A stretch of DNA of 64,000 nucleotides from Bacteroidota bacterium (GTDB lineage: Bacteria; Bacteroidota; Bacteroidia; Bacteroidales; DTGW01), in assembly GCA_029550865.1 (NCBI GenBank), contig JAKPGM010000006.1, forward strand, positions 9,373-73,372, read 5' to 3'. A program made the position numbers and the translations under genes. Below the pieces are notes generated by a model. It was not told the origin of the DNA. It ran no database searches and was given only the letters and a program-made list of their open reading frames with translations. Positions 1 through 12,334 of this stretch are shown here, in pieces (the stretch's first letter is position 1; each line of letters begins with the position of its first letter).

Positions 1-319
1 GTTTGTGAATTAATCCATGCTCGAACAAAACATCGGGATTTATAGTAGTTACTCCCCGATCTGCAAGACGTTGTAAGGTTTCAAGATTAATAGCCTTATA
101 TTCGACACGGTTGAAATTGGTGAAGCCGTACTTTGGAAGCCTACGCTGCATAGGCATTTGACCACCTTCAAATCCTCTTTTGCGCGAATAACCCGATCTC
201 GATTTAGCCCCTTTATGTCCGCGACCACTGGTACCTCCATCGGTCGAGCCCTGTCCACGTCCAAGGCGCTTATTATCTTTCACTGAACCTCTTGCCGGTT
301 TTAAGCTATGTAAATTCAT
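1..319 (-). CDS. rplO: 50S ribosomal protein uL15 (3-prime end cut by window edge)
   Basis: My reverse-strand translation from the ATG (complement of 317-319) gives [63 protein letters not shown]..., a textbook uL15 N-terminus. It lies downstream of rpmD as in spc operons. Track ORF 49..264 is a wrong-frame artefact inside it. Confidence 0.93.
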   Translation of the reverse strand, partial: MNLHSLKPARGSVKDNKRLGRGQGSTDGGTSGRGHKGAKSRSGYSRKRGFEGGQMPMQRRLPKYGFTNFNRVEYKAINLETLQRLADRGVTTINPDVLFEHGLIHK

Positions 320-345
320 GTAGATTCAATTTTACCGTTCGACTT

Positions 346-528
346 CTATTGAATTGTTTCTACCCCAACCAGATGTTGCACTTTTGCAATCATTCCTCTA
401 AAAACTGGGGTATCTTCTACTACTACAACGCTATTTCTTCTGGTAAGTCCAAGTGCCTGTAATGTTCTCAGCTGACGTTCGCATACACCAGCTTTTCCAC
501 GCATTAAAGTTACTTTGAGTTTACCCAT
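346..528 (-). CDS. rpmD: 50S ribosomal protein uL30
   Basis: 60-aa track ORF MGKLKVTLMRGKAGVCERQLRTLQALGLTRRNS..EDTPVFRGMIAKVQHLV has the uL30 pattern. Position between rpsE and rplO fits. Confidence 0.95.
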   Translation of the reverse strand: MGKLKVTLMRGKAGVCERQLRTLQALGLTRRNSVVVVEDTPVFRGMIAKVQHLVGVETIQ

Positions 529-542
529 AGAAAGATGTTTAT

Positions 543-1058
543 TTAACCTTTAAACACTTTTTCTATTGAAATTCCACGAACAGCAGCAATATGAGCAGGG
601 TCTCGTAATTCCATCAATGCCTTGATAGTTGCTTTTACAAGGTTATGAGGGTTTGAAGAACCTTTAGATTTGGCTAACACATCGTGTATTCCCACACTTT
701 CGAGTACGGCACGCATCGCACCCCCCGCCTTTACACCAGTACCACTGGAAGCAGGCTTAATAAATACTCTTGCTCCACCGTATTTGGCATATTGCTCGTG
801 TGGAATTGTTCCTTTGTAAATGGGAACTTTAACAAGATTTTTTTTAGCTTCTTCGATTCCTTTTGCAATAGCTGTCGTTACCTCATTGGCTTTTCCAAGA
901 CCATAACCAACGATTCCATTTTCATTTCCAACCACTACAATAGCGGAAAAGCTAAAGGCACGTCCCCCCTTCGTAACTTTTGTTACACGTTGAATACTTA
1001 CGAGACGATCTTTAAGTTCGAGATCGGTTGTTCTAATTTTCCGGATGCTTTCTGCCAT
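543..1058 (-). CDS. rpsE: 30S ribosomal protein uS5
   Basis: 171-aa ORF with [37 protein letters not shown], the uS5 core. spc-operon order fits. Confidence 0.97.
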   Translation of the reverse strand: MAESIRKIRTTDLELKDRLVSIQRVTKVTKGGRAFSFSAIVVVGNENGIVGYGLGKANEVTTAIAKGIEEAKKNLVKVPIYKGTIPHEQYAKYGGARVFIKPASSGTGVKAGGAMRAVLESVGIHDVLAKSKGSSNPHNLVKATIKALMELRDPAHIAAVRGISIEKVFKG

Positions 1059-1064
1059 AGTTTA

Positions 1065-1424
1065 TTAAAATTTTAAGCCACCTTCGCGAGCAGCATCTGC
1101 TAACATTTTTACTCTTCCATGATACAGATAACCGTTGCGGTCGAAAACCACTTCGGTAATCCCTTTAGCCAAACAAATTTCAGCAATTTTTTTCCCAACC
1201 AAACGGGCTTGTTCCATTTTATTGCCTTTTGCTACCTCGGCTATTTCTTTTTCGCGGGACCCAGCTGCAGCAAGCGTATGTCCAGCCAGATCATCAATGC
1301 ACTGAACATAAATGTGTTTATTGCTTCGAAAAACCGACATGCGTGGTTTTTGAGCTGTCCCGGTTATTTTCTTTCGTATTCTGTGTTTTATGCGAACTCT
1401 ACGTTCAATTTTTGTCAACGACAT
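1065..1424 (-). CDS. rplR: 50S ribosomal protein uL18
   Basis: 119-aa ORF with [31 protein letters not shown], typical uL18. Operon order fits. Confidence 0.97.
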   Translation of the reverse strand: MSLTKIERRVRIKHRIRKKITGTAQKPRMSVFRSNKHIYVQCIDDLAGHTLAAAGSREKEIAEVAKGNKMEQARLVGKKIAEICLAKGITEVVFDRNGYLYHGRVKMLADAAREGGLKF

Positions 1425-1448
1425 GGTTTTTTCGTATTTTTATATTAT

Positions 1449-2003
1449 TTACTTACCAGCAGTCTTACCAGCCTTCTTCCGTACCTCTTCACCCACATAG
1501 CGAATACCTTTACCTTTAAAGGGTTCAGGTTTACGCAGCGAACGTATCTTGGCTGCTACCAATCCAAGCAACTGTTTGTCATGGCTTTTAAGGGTAATGA
1601 TAGGATTGGCACGCTTTTCGGTACGAGTTTCTACTTTTATTTCTTTAGGTAAAGCAAACAGAACTTCGTGCGAATATCCCAGACTCATTTCCAGATTTTG
1701 CCCTTTAGCTTCGGCACGATACCCTACCCCTACAAGCTCCTGTTCGATAGTAAACCCTTCAGAAACCCCTTTTACCATGTTAGCAATAAGCGCACGATAC
1801 AAACCGTGAAGCGCCTTATGCCGTTTTTGGTCGGTAGGGCGTGTTACTAAAATCTGCTGATTTTCGATAGTAACCTTAATATCCGGATCGACTTTTTGCT
1901 TAAGTTCTCCCAGAGGCCCTTTTACGGTAACTTCATTGGTTGAACTAATGTTCACCTCAACGCCTTTGGGTATTGCTATCGGTAATTTTCCTATTCGTGA
2001 CAT
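1449..2003 (-). CDS. rplF: 50S ribosomal protein uL6
   Basis: Track ORF 1449..2036. The canonical N-terminus MSRIGKLPIAIPKGVEV begins at the internal ATG (complement of 2001-2003), and the longer form would overlap the rpsH stop. Confidence 0.95.
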   Translation of the reverse strand: MSRIGKLPIAIPKGVEVNISSTNEVTVKGPLGELKQKVDPDIKVTIENQQILVTRPTDQKRHKALHGLYRALIANMVKGVSEGFTIEQELVGVGYRAEAKGQNLEMSLGYSHEVLFALPKEIKVETRTEKRANPIITLKSHDKQLLGLVAAKIRSLRKPEPFKGKGIRYVGEEVRKKAGKTAGK

Positions 2004-2020
2004 GGTTTGTCTCCTCCCGA

Positions 2021-2416
2021 TTAATAAACATAGCATATAACTTCGCCCCCGATATTTTTAGCGCGGGCTTCCTTGTCGGTCATAATTCCCTGGGATGTGG
2101 AAAGGATAGCGATACCCAATCCATTGAGTACCCGGGGTAGATGATCATGGTCTGCATATTTTCGCAGCCCAGGCTTGCTGACACGTTCTAAATGCTTGAT
2201 TGCAGGTTCTCGATCAACAGGACTGTACTTTAAAGCAATTTTTATGGTACCCTGAGGACCGTCTTCTACAAATTTATAATTTAAGATGTAGCCCTTTTCG
2301 TGGAGAACTTTGGTAATTTCCTTTTTCATCTTCGATGCAGGAACTTCCACGATTCTGTGCCGAGCTTTAATTGCATTTCTCAAACGGGTCAGATAATCTG
2401 ATATAGGATCTGTCAT
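2021..2416 (-). CDS. rpsH: 30S ribosomal protein uS8
   Basis: 131-aa [23 protein letters not shown]..., the uS8 N-terminus. Operon order fits. Confidence 0.97.
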   Translation of the reverse strand: MTDPISDYLTRLRNAIKARHRIVEVPASKMKKEITKVLHEKGYILNYKFVEDGPQGTIKIALKYSPVDREPAIKHLERVSKPGLRKYADHDHLPRVLNGLGIAILSTSQGIMTDKEARAKNIGGEVICYVY

Positions 2417-2437
2417 GGTTTGCTACTATTTATAAGA

Positions 2438-2707
2438 TTACCAACTTGCTTTTTTAACTCCAGGAATGAGTCCTTTCGATGCCATTTCGCGGAATTGAAT
2501 ACGGCTGATACCGAATATCCGCATATAGCCACGAGGACGCCCTGTAATTTGACAGCGATTGCGCTGACGTATGGGATTAGAGTTCTTAGGCAACAACTGA
2601 AGCCCTACATAATCCCCTTCGGCTTTTAACTTTGCTCTTTTTTCTGCATACTTCTCGGCGAGTTTTTTTCGTTTTACCTCGCGAGCTTTCATTGATTCTT
2701 TAGCCAT
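2438..2707 (-). CDS. rpsN: 30S ribosomal protein uS14 (long form)
   Basis: 89-aa [23 protein letters not shown]...[41 protein letters not shown], a uS14 C-terminal signature. Confidence 0.96.
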   Translation of the reverse strand: MAKESMKAREVKRKKLAEKYAEKRAKLKAEGDYVGLQLLPKNSNPIRQRNRCQITGRPRGYMRIFGISRIQFREMASKGLIPGVKKASW

Positions 2708-2716
2708 ATCTATAAT

Positions 2717-3271
2717 TTACTTTTTTGTCGTTTTGAACGGAATACCAAATTCACGCAACAAGGCAAAAGCTTCCTCATCGGTACGGGCATTAGTAACAAA
2801 ACTTATTTCCATACCCATAATTTTCGTCACCTTGTCGATATCAATTTCAGGGAAAATGATCTGCTCCCTGATGCCGAGCGTATAGTTCCCACGTCCATCG
2901 AATTTGGCATTTACCCCTTTAAAATCGCGTATACGCGGCAAAGCAACATGGATGAGTCGTTCAAGAAATTCGTACATACGATCATTGCGCAGGGTTACTT
3001 TTACGCCAATCGGCATATTCTTACGCAACTTGAAATTAGAAATATCCTTCTTTGCGTACGTTAGCACTGCTTTTTGCCCCGTAATGGCTGTTAATTCACT
3101 GGCAGCCACTTCTATGAGTTTTTTATCGGACACAGCTGCACCTACCCCCTGGTTGATGCAAATCTTTTCCAAACGCGGTACCTGCATTACCGTGGTGTAA
3201 TTGAATTCTTTCATCAGGGCAGGTACAATTTCGTTTTTATATTTCAACTTTAGGTTTGGTATATACTTCAT
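2717..3271 (-). CDS. rplE: 50S ribosomal protein uL5
   Basis: 184-aa ORF with [21 protein letters not shown], typical uL5. Operon order fits. Confidence 0.97.
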   Translation of the reverse strand: MKYIPNLKLKYKNEIVPALMKEFNYTTVMQVPRLEKICINQGVGAAVSDKKLIEVAASELTAITGQKAVLTYAKKDISNFKLRKNMPIGVKVTLRNDRMYEFLERLIHVALPRIRDFKGVNAKFDGRGNYTLGIREQIIFPEIDIDKVTKIMGMEISFVTNARTDEEAFALLREFGIPFKTTKK

Positions 3272-3324
3272 TGCTCTTATATTTTCAGTTTACTATGCAA
3301 TATATCGCATAGATTTTATTTGCT

Positions 3325-3648
3325 TTAAGGTAAAACGGTTCCCGATTTTTTAGCGTACCGTACCAGTTTATTTTTTTCATTCAACTTACGACCAATTCGT
3401 GTTGGTTCATTGGTAGTAGGATCGACGACCTGCAAATTAGAAATATGGATTGGTGCTTCCATTTTAATAATTCCACCTTGGGGATGCTTTGCAGAAGGCT
3501 TAGTGTGTTTTGAAACAATATTGACTCCTTCTACAATTGCAGTCATCTTATCGCGGTTCACTTCAAGCACTCTACCGCGTTTTCCTTTATCATCGCCGGC
3601 ATTTACATAGACGATGTCGCCCTTTTTAATATGTAGTTTCTTTTGCAT
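3325..3648 (-). CDS. rplX: 50S ribosomal protein uL24
   Basis: 107-aa [33 protein letters not shown], a KOW motif of uL24. Confidence 0.96.
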   Translation of the reverse strand: MQKKLHIKKGDIVYVNAGDDKGKRGRVLEVNRDKMTAIVEGVNIVSKHTKPSAKHPQGGIIKMEAPIHISNLQVVDPTTNEPTRIGRKLNEKNKLVRYAKKSGTVLP

Positions 3649-3666
3649 GGTTGTACAGGTTAATAG

Positions 3667-4032
3667 TTATAACACCTCAGGAGCCAGCGAAACAATCTTC
3701 ATGTATTTATCGCGCAATTCACGGGCAACTGGCCCGAAAATACGAGTACCTCTTATTTCATCAGCGTTGTTAAGAAGCACTACGGCATTATCATCGAAGC
3801 GGATGTACGAACCATCGGGACGACGAATCTCCTTTTTGGTGCGTACCACCACAGCTTTACTTACAGCTCCCTTTTTTATATCACCCGAAGGTAATGCACT
3901 CTTAACTGTTACCACTACTTTATCACCGACTCGGGCATATCGACGACGTGTTCCGCCCAGTACCCGGATGCACAACACTTCTTTAGCACCGCTATTGTCG
4001 GCAACAACCATTCTTGATTCTTGCTGTATCAT
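3667..4032 (-). CDS. rplN: 50S ribosomal protein uL14
   Basis: 121-aa [30 protein letters not shown], a highly conserved uL14 N-terminus. Confidence 0.98.
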   Translation of the reverse strand: MIQQESRMVVADNSGAKEVLCIRVLGGTRRRYARVGDKVVVTVKSALPSGDIKKGAVSKAVVVRTKKEIRRPDGSYIRFDDNAVVLLNNADEIRGTRIFGPVARELRDKYMKIVSLAPEVL

Positions 4033-4034
4033 AG

Positions 4035-4298
4035 TTATTTAGCTTTCTCAATAATTTCAACAACTCTCCAACGTTTTAAACGAGACAGGGGGCGTGTTTC
4101 CATAATCCTTACCGTATCCCCTATTCCACACATGTTATTTTCATCGTGAGCATAAAATTTCGAAGTCTTGTTCACAAACTTGTGATACATCGGATGCATC
4201 ATTTTTCTTTTTACAGAAACGACAACAGTTTTTTGCATTTTATTGCTCACGACTGTACCAATTCGTTCTTTTCTTAAATTTCTCTCCATTGTCAGCAT
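4035..4298 (-). CDS. rpsQ: 30S ribosomal protein uS17
   Basis: 87-aa ORF with [21 protein letters not shown]. The start may instead be the 4th-codon Met. TAATG stop/start overlap with rpmC. Confidence 0.95.
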   Translation of the reverse strand: MLTMERNLRKERIGTVVSNKMQKTVVVSVKRKMMHPMYHKFVNKTSKFYAHDENNMCGIGDTVRIMETRPLSRLKRWRVVEIIEKAK

Positions 4299-4507
4299 TA
4301 TTTATTATTGCCTGCAAGTTGCCTTTTTCTAAGCTCTGTCAGCATACGAGCTATATCACGACGGGTATGACGTATTTTCATAGGATTATCGAGCGGTGAT
4401 ATAGCATGATTAATTTTCAGCTTCGTTAGCATGAGTTTTTCCGCTTCGATTCTTTCTTGCAATTCCTTAGTTGTAAGCTCTCTTATTTCAGACGTTTTCA
4501 TTGTCAT
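4298..4507 (-). CDS. rpmC: 50S ribosomal protein uL29
   Basis: 69-aa [25 protein letters not shown], uL29 pattern. Confidence 0.95.
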   Translation of the reverse strand: MTMKTSEIRELTTKELQERIEAEKLMLTKLKINHAISPLDNPMKIRHTRRDIARMLTELRKRQLAGNNK

Positions 4508-4523
4508 GTTTTTTAGCTAATAT

Positions 4524-4952
4524 TTACCCGATGTTTTCGGCATAATCGCGCCGTACCACAAATTTGGTGGTCACAGGCAGCTTTTGCGCACCCAGTCGCA
4601 ATGCCTCTTTGGCTACATGATAGGGTACTCCATCTACCTCAATAATAATTCGCCCTGGTGTAATGGGAAATACAAAACCTTCGGGCGAACCTTTACCTTT
4701 ACCCATACGCACTTCGGCAGGTTTACGAGTAATAGGCTTATCGGGGAAAATTCGTATCCATATCTGTCCTTCACGTTTCATGTATCGACTCACAGCCTGG
4801 CGAGCAGCTTCAATCTGTCTACCCGTTATCCAGCAGCTTTCCTCCGACTTAATAGCAAACGAACCGAACGCTATGGTATGCCCTCGCTGGGCATTACCTT
4901 TCATACGTCCTTTTTGCTGTCTTCTATATTTTGTCTTTTTAGGCTGTAACAT
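4524..4952 (-). CDS. rplP: 50S ribosomal protein uL16
   Basis: 142-aa [22 protein letters not shown]..., the uL16 N-terminus. Confidence 0.97.
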   Translation of the reverse strand: MLQPKKTKYRRQQKGRMKGNAQRGHTIAFGSFAIKSEESCWITGRQIEAARQAVSRYMKREGQIWIRIFPDKPITRKPAEVRMGKGKGSPEGFVFPITPGRIIIEVDGVPYHVAKEALRLGAQKLPVTTKFVVRRDYAENIG

Positions 4953-4982
4953 GTTTATATATTTTGTCGTGTTACAATAAGA

Positions 4983-5684
4983 TTATTTTCTCTTTCTTCT
5001 TGGTTCTGCCTTAAACGACTTAGCACTTTTTAGAGCCACATTTGGTGAGAGATCACGCTTGCCATAAACCTCCCCATTACAAATCCATACTTTTACTCCA
5101 ATACGTCCGACCTTAGTATGAGCCTCGGCTAACGCATAATCAATATCAGCCCTAAAAGTGTGCAGGGGGATACGTCCTTCCTTAAGCATTTCGCTACGTG
5201 CCATTTCTGCGCCTCCAAGTCGTCCGGAAACGATAACTTTGATTCCTTCAGCACCGAGTCGCATAGTCGAAGCTATTGCCATTTTAATGGCTCGACGATA
5301 CGATATTCTCCCCTCAATTTGACGTGCAATATTGTTTGCCACTATGTTAGCATCCAATTCGGGACGTTTTACCTCGAAAATATTGATTTGTACTTCCTTA
5401 TTGGTAATTTTTTTCAATTCTTCTTTAAGCTTATCGACCTCCTGTCCTCCTTTACCGATAATTACACCCGGCCGGGCAGTATTTACAGTGATGGTAACAA
5501 GCTTAAGGGTACGTTCAATAATTATTTTCGAAATACTTGCCTTCGCTAAGCGAGCATTAAGGTACTCTCTTATCTTGGCATCCTCGATAAGCTTTTGTAC
5601 ATAATTTTTGCCTCCATACCAATTGGAATCCCAGCCCCGGATGATTCCTAAACGATTCGCTATCGGATTTACTTTTTGTCCCAT
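4983..5684 (-). CDS. rpsC: 30S ribosomal protein uS3
   Basis: 233-aa [27 protein letters not shown], the uS3 N-terminus with KH domain. Confidence 0.97.
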   Translation of the reverse strand: MGQKVNPIANRLGIIRGWDSNWYGGKNYVQKLIEDAKIREYLNARLAKASISKIIIERTLKLVTITVNTARPGVIIGKGGQEVDKLKEELKKITNKEVQINIFEVKRPELDANIVANNIARQIEGRISYRRAIKMAIASTMRLGAEGIKVIVSGRLGGAEMARSEMLKEGRIPLHTFRADIDYALAEAHTKVGRIGVKVWICNGEVYGKRDLSPNVALKSAKSFKAEPRRKRK

Positions 5685-5688
5685 GGAA

Positions 5689-6111
5689 TTAATTGGTTAA
5701 ACTTTCTTCTTGTTTCTTAACAACTGAATCTAAAACAAGCGTTACATGGTTAGAACGCTTACGAATTCTATATGCACGTCCTTGCGGTGCAGGCCTAAGA
5801 CGTTTAAGGATTCGTCCCCCATCAACTTTAGCTTCCTTAATAAAAATATATGCATCGTCGAGACGAACACCTTCGTTTTTAGCTTGCCAATTAGCAATTG
5901 CCGAAAGTAATAATTTTTCAACAGGACGAGCGGCAGCTTTTTCCGAGAATTTTAAAATATCGAGAGCACAATTAACTTCCATCCCACGAATAAGATCAAT
6001 TACATACCTCATCTTACGTGGTGAGGTAGGATAATCGCGTAAAATGGCTACAACCTTTTGCTGCCTGGCCTCCTTTAAAGCTTCGGCCATTTGTTTCTTT
6101 CTAGCACCCAT
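5689..6111 (-). CDS. rplV: 50S ribosomal protein uL22
   Basis: 140-aa ORF with [17 protein letters not shown]...[29 protein letters not shown], typical uL22. Confidence 0.96.
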   Translation of the reverse strand: MGARKKQMAEALKEARQQKVVAILRDYPTSPRKMRYVIDLIRGMEVNCALDILKFSEKAAARPVEKLLLSAIANWQAKNEGVRLDDAYIFIKEAKVDGGRILKRLRPAPQGRAYRIRKRSNHVTLVLDSVVKKQEESLTN

Positions 6112-6136
6112 TGTGTAATATCAATTCAAATTTGAC

Positions 6137-6409
6137 TTACTGTTCTTTTCTATTTCCGCTATGTCCTCTGAATGTCCGTGTTGGAGCAAATTCTCCCAGT
6201 CTGTGTCCCACCATATTTTCGGTGATGTAAACGGGTATGAATTTATTGCCGTTGTGAACAGCAATGGTGTGACCAACAAAATCGGGTGAAATAACACTGG
6301 CACGTGCCCATGTTTTTATCACCGACTTTTTACCACTGGCATTCATAGCCAGCACTTTTTTTTCTAATTTATAATTAATATAAGGACCTTTTTTCAGCGA
6401 ACGGCTCAT
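6137..6409 (-). CDS. rpsS: 30S ribosomal protein uS19
   Basis: 90-aa [22 protein letters not shown]...[23 protein letters not shown], uS19 signature. Confidence 0.97.
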   Translation of the reverse strand: MSRSLKKGPYINYKLEKKVLAMNASGKKSVIKTWARASVISPDFVGHTIAVHNGNKFIPVYITENMVGHRLGEFAPTRTFRGHSGNRKEQ

Positions 6410-6428
6410 ATTATTCTATATAAAAATT

Positions 6429-7250
6429 TTACTTTCTGCGTTCAAGAATATATTTATTGGAAGCTTTGTTCTTCTTTCTGGTTTTGTACCCTTTAGCTGG
6501 GATACCTTTTCTGGAACGTGGGTGTCCACCGGAAGCTCTACCTTCGCCACCCCCCATCGGATGGTCAACAGGGTTCATAGCTACCCCACGAGTACGTGGA
6601 CGACGGCCCAACCAACGTTTTCTACCAGCCTTACCCAGCTTTTGATTGTTGTGATCGGGATTGGATACGGCACCTACTGTAGCACGGCAGGTAACCAATA
6701 TCATACGCGTTTCGCCTGAAGGCAATTTTACTACAGCGTACTTTCCTTCCCTTGAAACAAGCTGGGCATAAGATCCAGCACTACGGGCTAATGCTCCTCC
6801 CTGTCCTGGATATAACTCCACATTATGGATAATGGTACCAAGTGGAATATTAGCTAGTGGAAGTGTATTTCCGATTTCAGGAGCAACATTTTCGCCACTC
6901 TCTATCTTTTGACCTACTTTCAAGCCTTGCGGGGCAAGAATGTAGCTCTTTGTTCCATCGGGATAAACCACCAAGGCTATGTATGCTGTACGATTAGGAT
7001 CGTATTCAATGCTCTTTACCACGGCAGGCATTCCATCTTTCGTACGGGCAAAATCAATGATTCGATACATGCGCTTATGACCGCCTCCGCGATAACGCAT
7101 GGTCATTTTTCCTGTATTGTTTCTACCCCCTGAATCGTGTAGAAACACTAGCAATGACTTTTCTGGTTCGGTCTTTGTAATTTCCGAATGATCAACCAGA
7201 ATTTTATCTCGCTGTCCTGCTGTAACCGGTTTATACTTCTTTAAGCCCAT
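6429..7250 (-). CDS. rplB: 50S ribosomal protein uL2
   Basis: 273-aa [17 protein letters not shown]...[13 protein letters not shown], uL2 signature. Confidence 0.98.
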   Translation of the reverse strand: MGLKKYKPVTAGQRDKILVDHSEITKTEPEKSLLVFLHDSGGRNNTGKMTMRYRGGGHKRMYRIIDFARTKDGMPAVVKSIEYDPNRTAYIALVVYPDGTKSYILAPQGLKVGQKIESGENVAPEIGNTLPLANIPLGTIIHNVELYPGQGGALARSAGSYAQLVSREGKYAVVKLPSGETRMILVTCRATVGAVSNPDHNNQKLGKAGRKRWLGRRPRTRGVAMNPVDHPMGGGEGRASGGHPRSRKGIPAKGYKTRKKNKASNKYILERRK

Positions 7251-7259
7251 TGCTCAAAA

Positions 7260-7550
7260 TTATATATTGCTGTAAAAATCAATTTTTTCTCCTTCTGCTA
7301 CCGTTACGTAAGCTTTTTTGTAGGTATTCGTTCTTCCTTCGACAAACCCACGCTTGGTATAACGTGTTTTGCGTTTACCTCCAATAATAGCAGTATTCAC
7401 TGACGTTACGGTAACACCATACAATTCCTTTATGGCTTCTTTAATCTGGATTTTATTGGCTTTTTTGTGTACAATGAAGCCATAAGTATTTAGCTTTTCA
7501 CCTTGATTGGTGTGCTTTTCCGTAACTATGGGTTTTATAATTATTTCCAT
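7260..7550 (-). CDS. rplW: 50S ribosomal protein uL23
   Basis: 96-aa ORF with KPIVTEKHTNQ...ANKIQIKEAIKELYGV. S10-operon order fits. Confidence 0.95.
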   Translation of the reverse strand: MEIIIKPIVTEKHTNQGEKLNTYGFIVHKKANKIQIKEAIKELYGVTVTSVNTAIIGGKRKTRYTKRGFVEGRTNTYKKAYVTVAEGEKIDFYSNI

Positions 7551-7565
7551 AATCGCTTACCTTAA

Positions 7566-8189
7566 TTAATTTTTCCCCTGAAAATTTTCCAGTGCATTCT
7601 TTGTAAATACTAAAACATCAGCATTTAGTATTTCGTAAGTGTTTAATTCTGAATAAATTAACACCTTGCTATCCGGCAAATTTCGGGACGACAAATATAC
7701 ATTTTTATTTGGTTCGTTGACTACCAAAAGCATTTTTTTGTCATCGAGCTTAAGATTGTTTTTCAGGGATACAAATTGTTTGGTTTTAGGAACGTCAAAT
7801 GAAAAATCTTCTACCACAACAATACTGTTATCCTTTGCTTTATAGGTAAGGGCTGATTTACGAGCAAGTTCTTTTACCTTTTTATTAACCTTAAAATCGT
7901 AATCTCTGGGTCTAGGACCAAATACGCGCCCTCCACCGATGAATACGGGTGATTTAATATCACCGGCCCGTGCACCGCCCGTACCTTTCTGCCTTTTTAT
8001 TTTTCGGGTACTGTATGATACTTCCGAACGCTCTTTAGCCTTGTGAGTTCCCTGACGCTGATTTGCCAGGTACTGTTTCACATCGAGGTAAATAGCATGA
8101 TCATTCGGGTTGATACTAAATATCTCCTCGTTAAGTTTAACCGTTGTACCCGTTTTTTGGCCGTTTATGTTTAATACTTCGAGTTCCAT
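7566..8189 (-). CDS. rplD: 50S ribosomal protein uL4
   Basis: 207-aa ORF with [32 protein letters not shown], uL4 pattern. Confidence 0.96.
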   Translation of the reverse strand: MELEVLNINGQKTGTTVKLNEEIFSINPNDHAIYLDVKQYLANQRQGTHKAKERSEVSYSTRKIKRQKGTGGARAGDIKSPVFIGGGRVFGPRPRDYDFKVNKKVKELARKSALTYKAKDNSIVVVEDFSFDVPKTKQFVSLKNNLKLDDKKMLLVVNEPNKNVYLSSRNLPDSKVLIYSELNTYEILNADVLVFTKNALENFQGKN

Positions 8190-8235
8190 TTTTTTACTAT
8201 TTCAATTTATCATGCAGAATGTCCATCGCGGTAAA

Positions 8236-8850
8236 TTATTTTTCTATTTTCAGGTATGAACCTACTGCGCCAGGTACAGCACCTTTGAGGAACAATAAGT
8301 TGCTTTCTGGTACGACCTTAACAACAACCAGGTTTTCGATGGTAACCGCTTTATTTCCGGTATGGCCTGCCATACGTTTACCTCTCCAGACGCGTGAGGG
8401 GAAAGAAGAAGCACCCATTGAACCAGGAGCGCGCAAGCGGTTATGCTGACCGTGCGTCTGACTTCCTACACCGGCAAATCCATGACGCTTTACTACACCC
8501 TGAAACCCTTTACCTTTAGATGTTCCACGAACATCCACATAATCATTAACATTAAAAATATTGACCGTAATTACGTCACCAGGATTAACATTTTCGAATC
8601 CATGAAATTCGGCCAATTTACGTTTTGGTGTTGTATTTGCCTTCGCAAAATGACCCAGCAAGGGCTTGGGGGTATTTTTTTCTTTTCGCTCATCAAATCC
8701 AAGCTGCACAGCCACATAACCGTCTTTTTCAACGGTTTTCACCTGTGTAACAACACAGGGACCTGCTTGTACAATAGTAACAGGTATATTTTTACCATCT
8801 TCAGTAAACAGGGACGTCATCCCCAACTTTTTACCAATTAGACCAGGCAT
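8236..8850 (-). CDS. rplC: 50S ribosomal protein uL3
   Basis: 204-aa [18 protein letters not shown]...[17 protein letters not shown], uL3 signature. Confidence 0.97.
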   Translation of the reverse strand: MPGLIGKKLGMTSLFTEDGKNIPVTIVQAGPCVVTQVKTVEKDGYVAVQLGFDERKEKNTPKPLLGHFAKANTTPKRKLAEFHGFENVNPGDVITVNIFNVNDYVDVRGTSKGKGFQGVVKRHGFAGVGSQTHGQHNRLRAPGSMGASSFPSRVWRGKRMAGHTGNKAVTIENLVVVKVVPESNLLFLKGAVPGAVGSYLKIEK

Positions 8851-8869
8851 CGTTCGCGATTTTTATTTA

Positions 8870-9175
8870 TTATACTTTAATTTCTACTTCCACACCACTG
8901 GGTAGTTCGAGCTTCATCAGCGCATCAACCGTTTTAGGAGTGGAGCTGTAAATGTCTATGAGTCGCTTATAAGAAGCGAGTTCAAATTGTTCACGTGATT
9001 TTTTGTTAACGAAAGGCGACCGCAAAACCGTAAAGATACGCTTATGCGTAGGCAGTGGTATTGGCCCACTTACGACTGCGCCGGTAGCTTTCACAGTTTT
9101 TACAATCTTATCGGCCGATTTATCGACCAGATTATGATCGTACGACTTAAGCTTGATGCGAATTTTCTGGCTCAT
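8870..9175 (-). CDS. rpsJ: 30S ribosomal protein uS10
   Basis: 101-aa [28 protein letters not shown], uS10 pattern. Confidence 0.97.
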   Translation of the reverse strand: MSQKIRIKLKSYDHNLVDKSADKIVKTVKATGAVVSGPIPLPTHKRIFTVLRSPFVNKKSREQFELASYKRLIDIYSSTPKTVDALMKLELPSGVEVEIKV

Positions 9176-9191
9176 TGTATGGTGTAATTTT

Positions 9192-11300
9192 TTAGTTTAC
9201 AGTGGCTTTGCCTTTAATTTTTTCAAGTATATCCTTTTCAATAGCAGGTGGAACCTGTTGATAATGCGAGAATTCCATACTGCTAGTAGCACGACCCGAT
9301 GTTAGGGTTCGAAGTACTGTAACATAACCAAACTGTTCGGAAAGAGGCACTTTTGCGCGAACCACGCGTCCTCCGGCCTTCATTTCCATTCCTTCGATAG
9401 TACCACGACGCTTGTTCAAATCGCCTATGACATCCCCCATGTATTCCTCAGGGGTAACCACCTCGAGTTTCATAATGGGCTCAAGCAGGATGGGTTTGGC
9501 TTTAGCACAAGCCTCCTTAAATGCATTCTTAGCACATATTTCAAACGACAAAGAGTCGGAGTCGACGGGATGGTACGAACCATCAAGCAAAGTTACTTTG
9601 AGGCTATCCATGCTGTACCCTGCCAACACACCATTTGCCATAGCTTCACGAAATCCTTTTTCAACGGCAGGGATATATTCTTTGGGTACATTTCCACCCT
9701 TCACTTCGTTGATGAACTGCAAACCTGTAACACCGGGATCAGCAGGTTCGACACGTACCACAATGTCGGCATATTTACCACGACCACCCGTTTGCTTTTT
9801 AAACACCTCACGATGTTCAACCGGAATGGTAATAGCTTCCTTGTAAGCCACCTGAGGAGCCCCCTGGTTACATTCTACTTTGAATACACGGCGCAAACGA
9901 TCGAGGATAATTTCGAGATGAAGCTCGCCCATTCCGCTGATAATCGTTTGACCGGAGTCTTCGTCTATTTTTACCTTAAAGGTAGGATCTTCCTCAGCGA
10001 GCTTTGAGAGCGCCATGCCGAGTTTGTCGACATCGGCCTGAGTTTTGGGTTCCACAGCGACACCAATAACTGGTTCGGGGAAAGTCATTGATTCAAGCAC
10101 GATCGGATGTTTTTCATCGCATAGCGTATCGCCTGTACGAATATCTTTAAATCCAACGGCTGCACATATATCGCCTGCTTCGATGATATCCTTAGGATTT
10201 TGCTTATTGGCATGCATCTGGAACAAACGGGCGATACGTTCTTTTTTACCTGTACGGGTATTGAGTACGTATGAACCCGAAGTAATAGTTCCGGCATATA
10301 CGCGCAAGTAAGCCAGACGACCAACAAATGGGTCGGTCATAATCTTAAATGCCAATGCAGTAAGGGGCTCGTTTTCGTCGGGCTTACGCGTAACGATTTC
10401 ATTATTTTCGGGATTGGTACCCTGAATATCAGGCAAGTCGAGCGGGCTTGGTAAGTATGCTGCTACGGCATCGAGTAACTGTTGTACTCCCTTATTTTTA
10501 AAGGAAGCCCCACAAAGCATCGGAGTAATTTTCATTTCAATAGTAGCCTTACGAGCAGCCGCTTTTAGTTCTTCGACCGTGAGTGAATTTTTATCTTCGA
10601 AAAACTTTTCCAGCAAATTATCGTCGAGTTCGCAAATTGCTTCAAGAAGTTGATCGCGATAAGTATTAGCCGTTTCGCGCAAGTCTTCTGGGACATCAAC
10701 AATATGGAATCGTTCCCCTTTGGGGTCACTAGGATCGTAAATGTGAGCTTTGTTTTCAAACAAATCGACCACTCCTACAAATTTTTCTTCAGCTCCAATA
10801 GGAATCTGAAAAGGAATGGCATTAGCACCCAGACGATCACGAACTTGCTGAACTACTTCAAAAAAGTCGGCACCGGTACGGTCCATTTTGTTAACGAACC
10901 CAATTCGGGGCACATTATATTTGTTGGCCTGACGCCATACGGTTTCTGACTGAGGTTCAACACCACCAACAGCACAGAATAATGCAACAGCTCCATCGAG
11001 TACGCGCAATGAACGTTCTACTTCTACGGTAAAATCGACGTGCCCCGGAGTGTCGATGATGTTGATTTTATATTCTTGATTGTTGTATTTCCAGTAACAG
11101 GTAGTAGCAGCCGATGTGATAGTAATACCACGTTCCTGTTCCTGCACCATCCAGTCCATTGTGGCTGCCCCATCGTGTACCTCACCAATTTTATAATTTA
11201 CACCCGTGTAATATAGGATACGCTCGGTAGTAGTTGTTTTACCGGCGTCGATGTGAGCCATTATACCAATATTTCTGGTTAATCTAAGATCACGTGCCAT
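9192..11300 (-). CDS. fusA: Translation elongation factor G
   Basis: 702-aa ORF with [24 protein letters not shown] and DTPGHVDF GTPase motifs. It lies between rpsG and rpsJ. Confidence 0.98.
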   Translation of the reverse strand: MARDLRLTRNIGIMAHIDAGKTTTTERILYYTGVNYKIGEVHDGAATMDWMVQEQERGITITSAATTCYWKYNNQEYKINIIDTPGHVDFTVEVERSLRVLDGAVALFCAVGGVEPQSETVWRQANKYNVPRIGFVNKMDRTGADFFEVVQQVRDRLGANAIPFQIPIGAEEKFVGVVDLFENKAHIYDPSDPKGERFHIVDVPEDLRETANTYRDQLLEAICELDDNLLEKFFEDKNSLTVEELKAAARKATIEMKITPMLCGASFKNKGVQQLLDAVAAYLPSPLDLPDIQGTNPENNEIVTRKPDENEPLTALAFKIMTDPFVGRLAYLRVYAGTITSGSYVLNTRTGKKERIARLFQMHANKQNPKDIIEAGDICAAVGFKDIRTGDTLCDEKHPIVLESMTFPEPVIGVAVEPKTQADVDKLGMALSKLAEEDPTFKVKIDEDSGQTIISGMGELHLEIILDRLRRVFKVECNQGAPQVAYKEAITIPVEHREVFKKQTGGRGKYADIVVRVEPADPGVTGLQFINEVKGGNVPKEYIPAVEKGFREAMANGVLAGYSMDSLKVTLLDGSYHPVDSDSLSFEICAKNAFKEACAKAKPILLEPIMKLEVVTPEEYMGDVIGDLNKRRGTIEGMEMKAGGRVVRAKVPLSEQFGYVTVLRTLTSGRATSSMEFSHYQQVPPAIEKDILEKIKGKATVN

Positions 11301-11366
11301 TTTTCTGTCCCTTCCTAATCTTAACTAAGCAAACTCTTTACAAAATACTACACTACCAAACAAAAG

Positions 11367-11843
11367 TTAAAATCTGAAAAATGCAAAAGCTTTGTTGGCT
11401 TCAGCCATTTTGTGCATATCTTCTTTTTTCTTGAAAGCGCCGCCTTCTTCGTTGTATGCGGCCATAATTTCGGCAGCCAGTTTTTCAGCCATTGATTTAC
11501 CCGAACGTTTGCGAGCAAACAAAATCATATGCTTGATAGCAAGTGAAACTTTACGGTCGGGTCTAACTTCCTGCGGAACCTGAAAAGTTGCCCCACCGAT
11601 TCGACGGCTCTTCACCTCAACCTGAGGGGTAATATTATCAAGCGCTTTTTTCCAGATATCAAGAGCTGTTTTGTCGCTGTCTTTATTTTTTTCGCCAATA
11701 ATATCAATAGCTTCGTAAAAAATTTTATAGGCAATGCCTTTTTTCCCTTTTCTCATCAGGTTATTCACAAAACGAGTCACCAGTACATCGTTGTACTTCG
11801 GGTCGGGAAGCAATATTCTTTTTTTTGGTTTAGACTTTCTCAT
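11367..11843 (-). CDS. rpsG: 30S ribosomal protein uS7
   Basis: 158-aa [22 protein letters not shown]..., uS7 pattern. str-operon order fits. Confidence 0.97.
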   Translation of the reverse strand: MRKSKPKKRILLPDPKYNDVLVTRFVNNLMRKGKKGIAYKIFYEAIDIIGEKNKDSDKTALDIWKKALDNITPQVEVKSRRIGGATFQVPQEVRPDRKVSLAIKHMILFARKRSGKSMAEKLAAEIMAAYNEEGGAFKKKEDMHKMAEANKAFAFFRF

Positions 11844-11877
11844 TTTTGACCGAGTTTAAAAGCCCTGTTATGTAAAA

Positions 11878-12285
11878 TTATTTTTTCTTGGTACCTGCAG
11901 CCTGAGCAGCGCCAGCCTTGGGTCTTTTAGCACCATATAACGAGCGGCCTTTTTTACGGCCTTCGACACCAGCTGCATCAAGTGTTCCACGAATAAGGTG
12001 ATAACGTACCCCGGGTAAGTCCTTCACACGTCCACCACGCACTAAAACAATGGAGTGTTCCTGTAAATTATGGCCTTCGCCCGGAATGTAAGCGGTTACT
12101 TCGATGCCGTTAGTCAAACGTACACGAGCAACTTTACGCATAGCCGAGTTTGGTTTCTTAGGCGTAGTGGTATAAACACGCGTACATACCCCACGTCGCT
12201 GAGGACAACCCGTAAGGGCAGGTGCCTTACTTTTCGATTCCAATTTAGCTCTTCCTTTTCGAACCAACTGTTGTATTGTAGGCAT
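11878..12285 (-). CDS. rpsL: 30S ribosomal protein uS12
   Basis: 135-aa [15 protein letters not shown]...[16 protein letters not shown], uS12 signature. Confidence 0.98.
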   Translation of the reverse strand: MPTIQQLVRKGRAKLESKSKAPALTGCPQRRGVCTRVYTTTPKKPNSAMRKVARVRLTNGIEVTAYIPGEGHNLQEHSIVLVRGGRVKDLPGVRYHLIRGTLDAAGVEGRKKGRSLYGAKRPKAGAAQAAGTKKK

Positions 12286-12326
12286 ACATTAAGATATTTA
12301 TCATAGTTAATATTCAAAATGGGTTG

Positions 12327-12334
12327 CAAAGGTA
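12327..12334 (-). promoter_or_regulatory. Candidate Bacteroidota -7 promoter box (TACCTTTG) for the rpsL-led ribosomal cluster
   Basis: Plus strand reads CAAAGGTA, so the minus strand reads TAccTTTG and matches the Bacteroides-type TAnnTTTG -7 consensus. It is 42 nt upstream of the rpsL ATG. Confidence 0.45.

Noticed and set aside
49-264. 71-aa minus-strand track ORF at the window start
   Set aside because: It is in the wrong frame inside rplO. The adjacent frame gives a perfect uL15 sequence, and this ORF has no recognisable features.
684-1652. Plus-strand ORFs of 96-177 aa antisense to rpsE/rplR/rplF, with similar ones throughout 1-12.3 kb
   Set aside because: They are antisense shadows of highly expressed ribosomal genes. 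Their composition is low-complexity and S/F/L-rich, they have no start context, and they are fully nested in confidently called genes.
1-12334. Absence of tuf between fusA and rpsJ, and fusion of the str, S10 and spc clusters
   Set aside because: To my knowledge this is the normal Bacteroidota arrangement (tuf sits elsewhere, with tRNAs, secE and nusG). It is not an anomaly.
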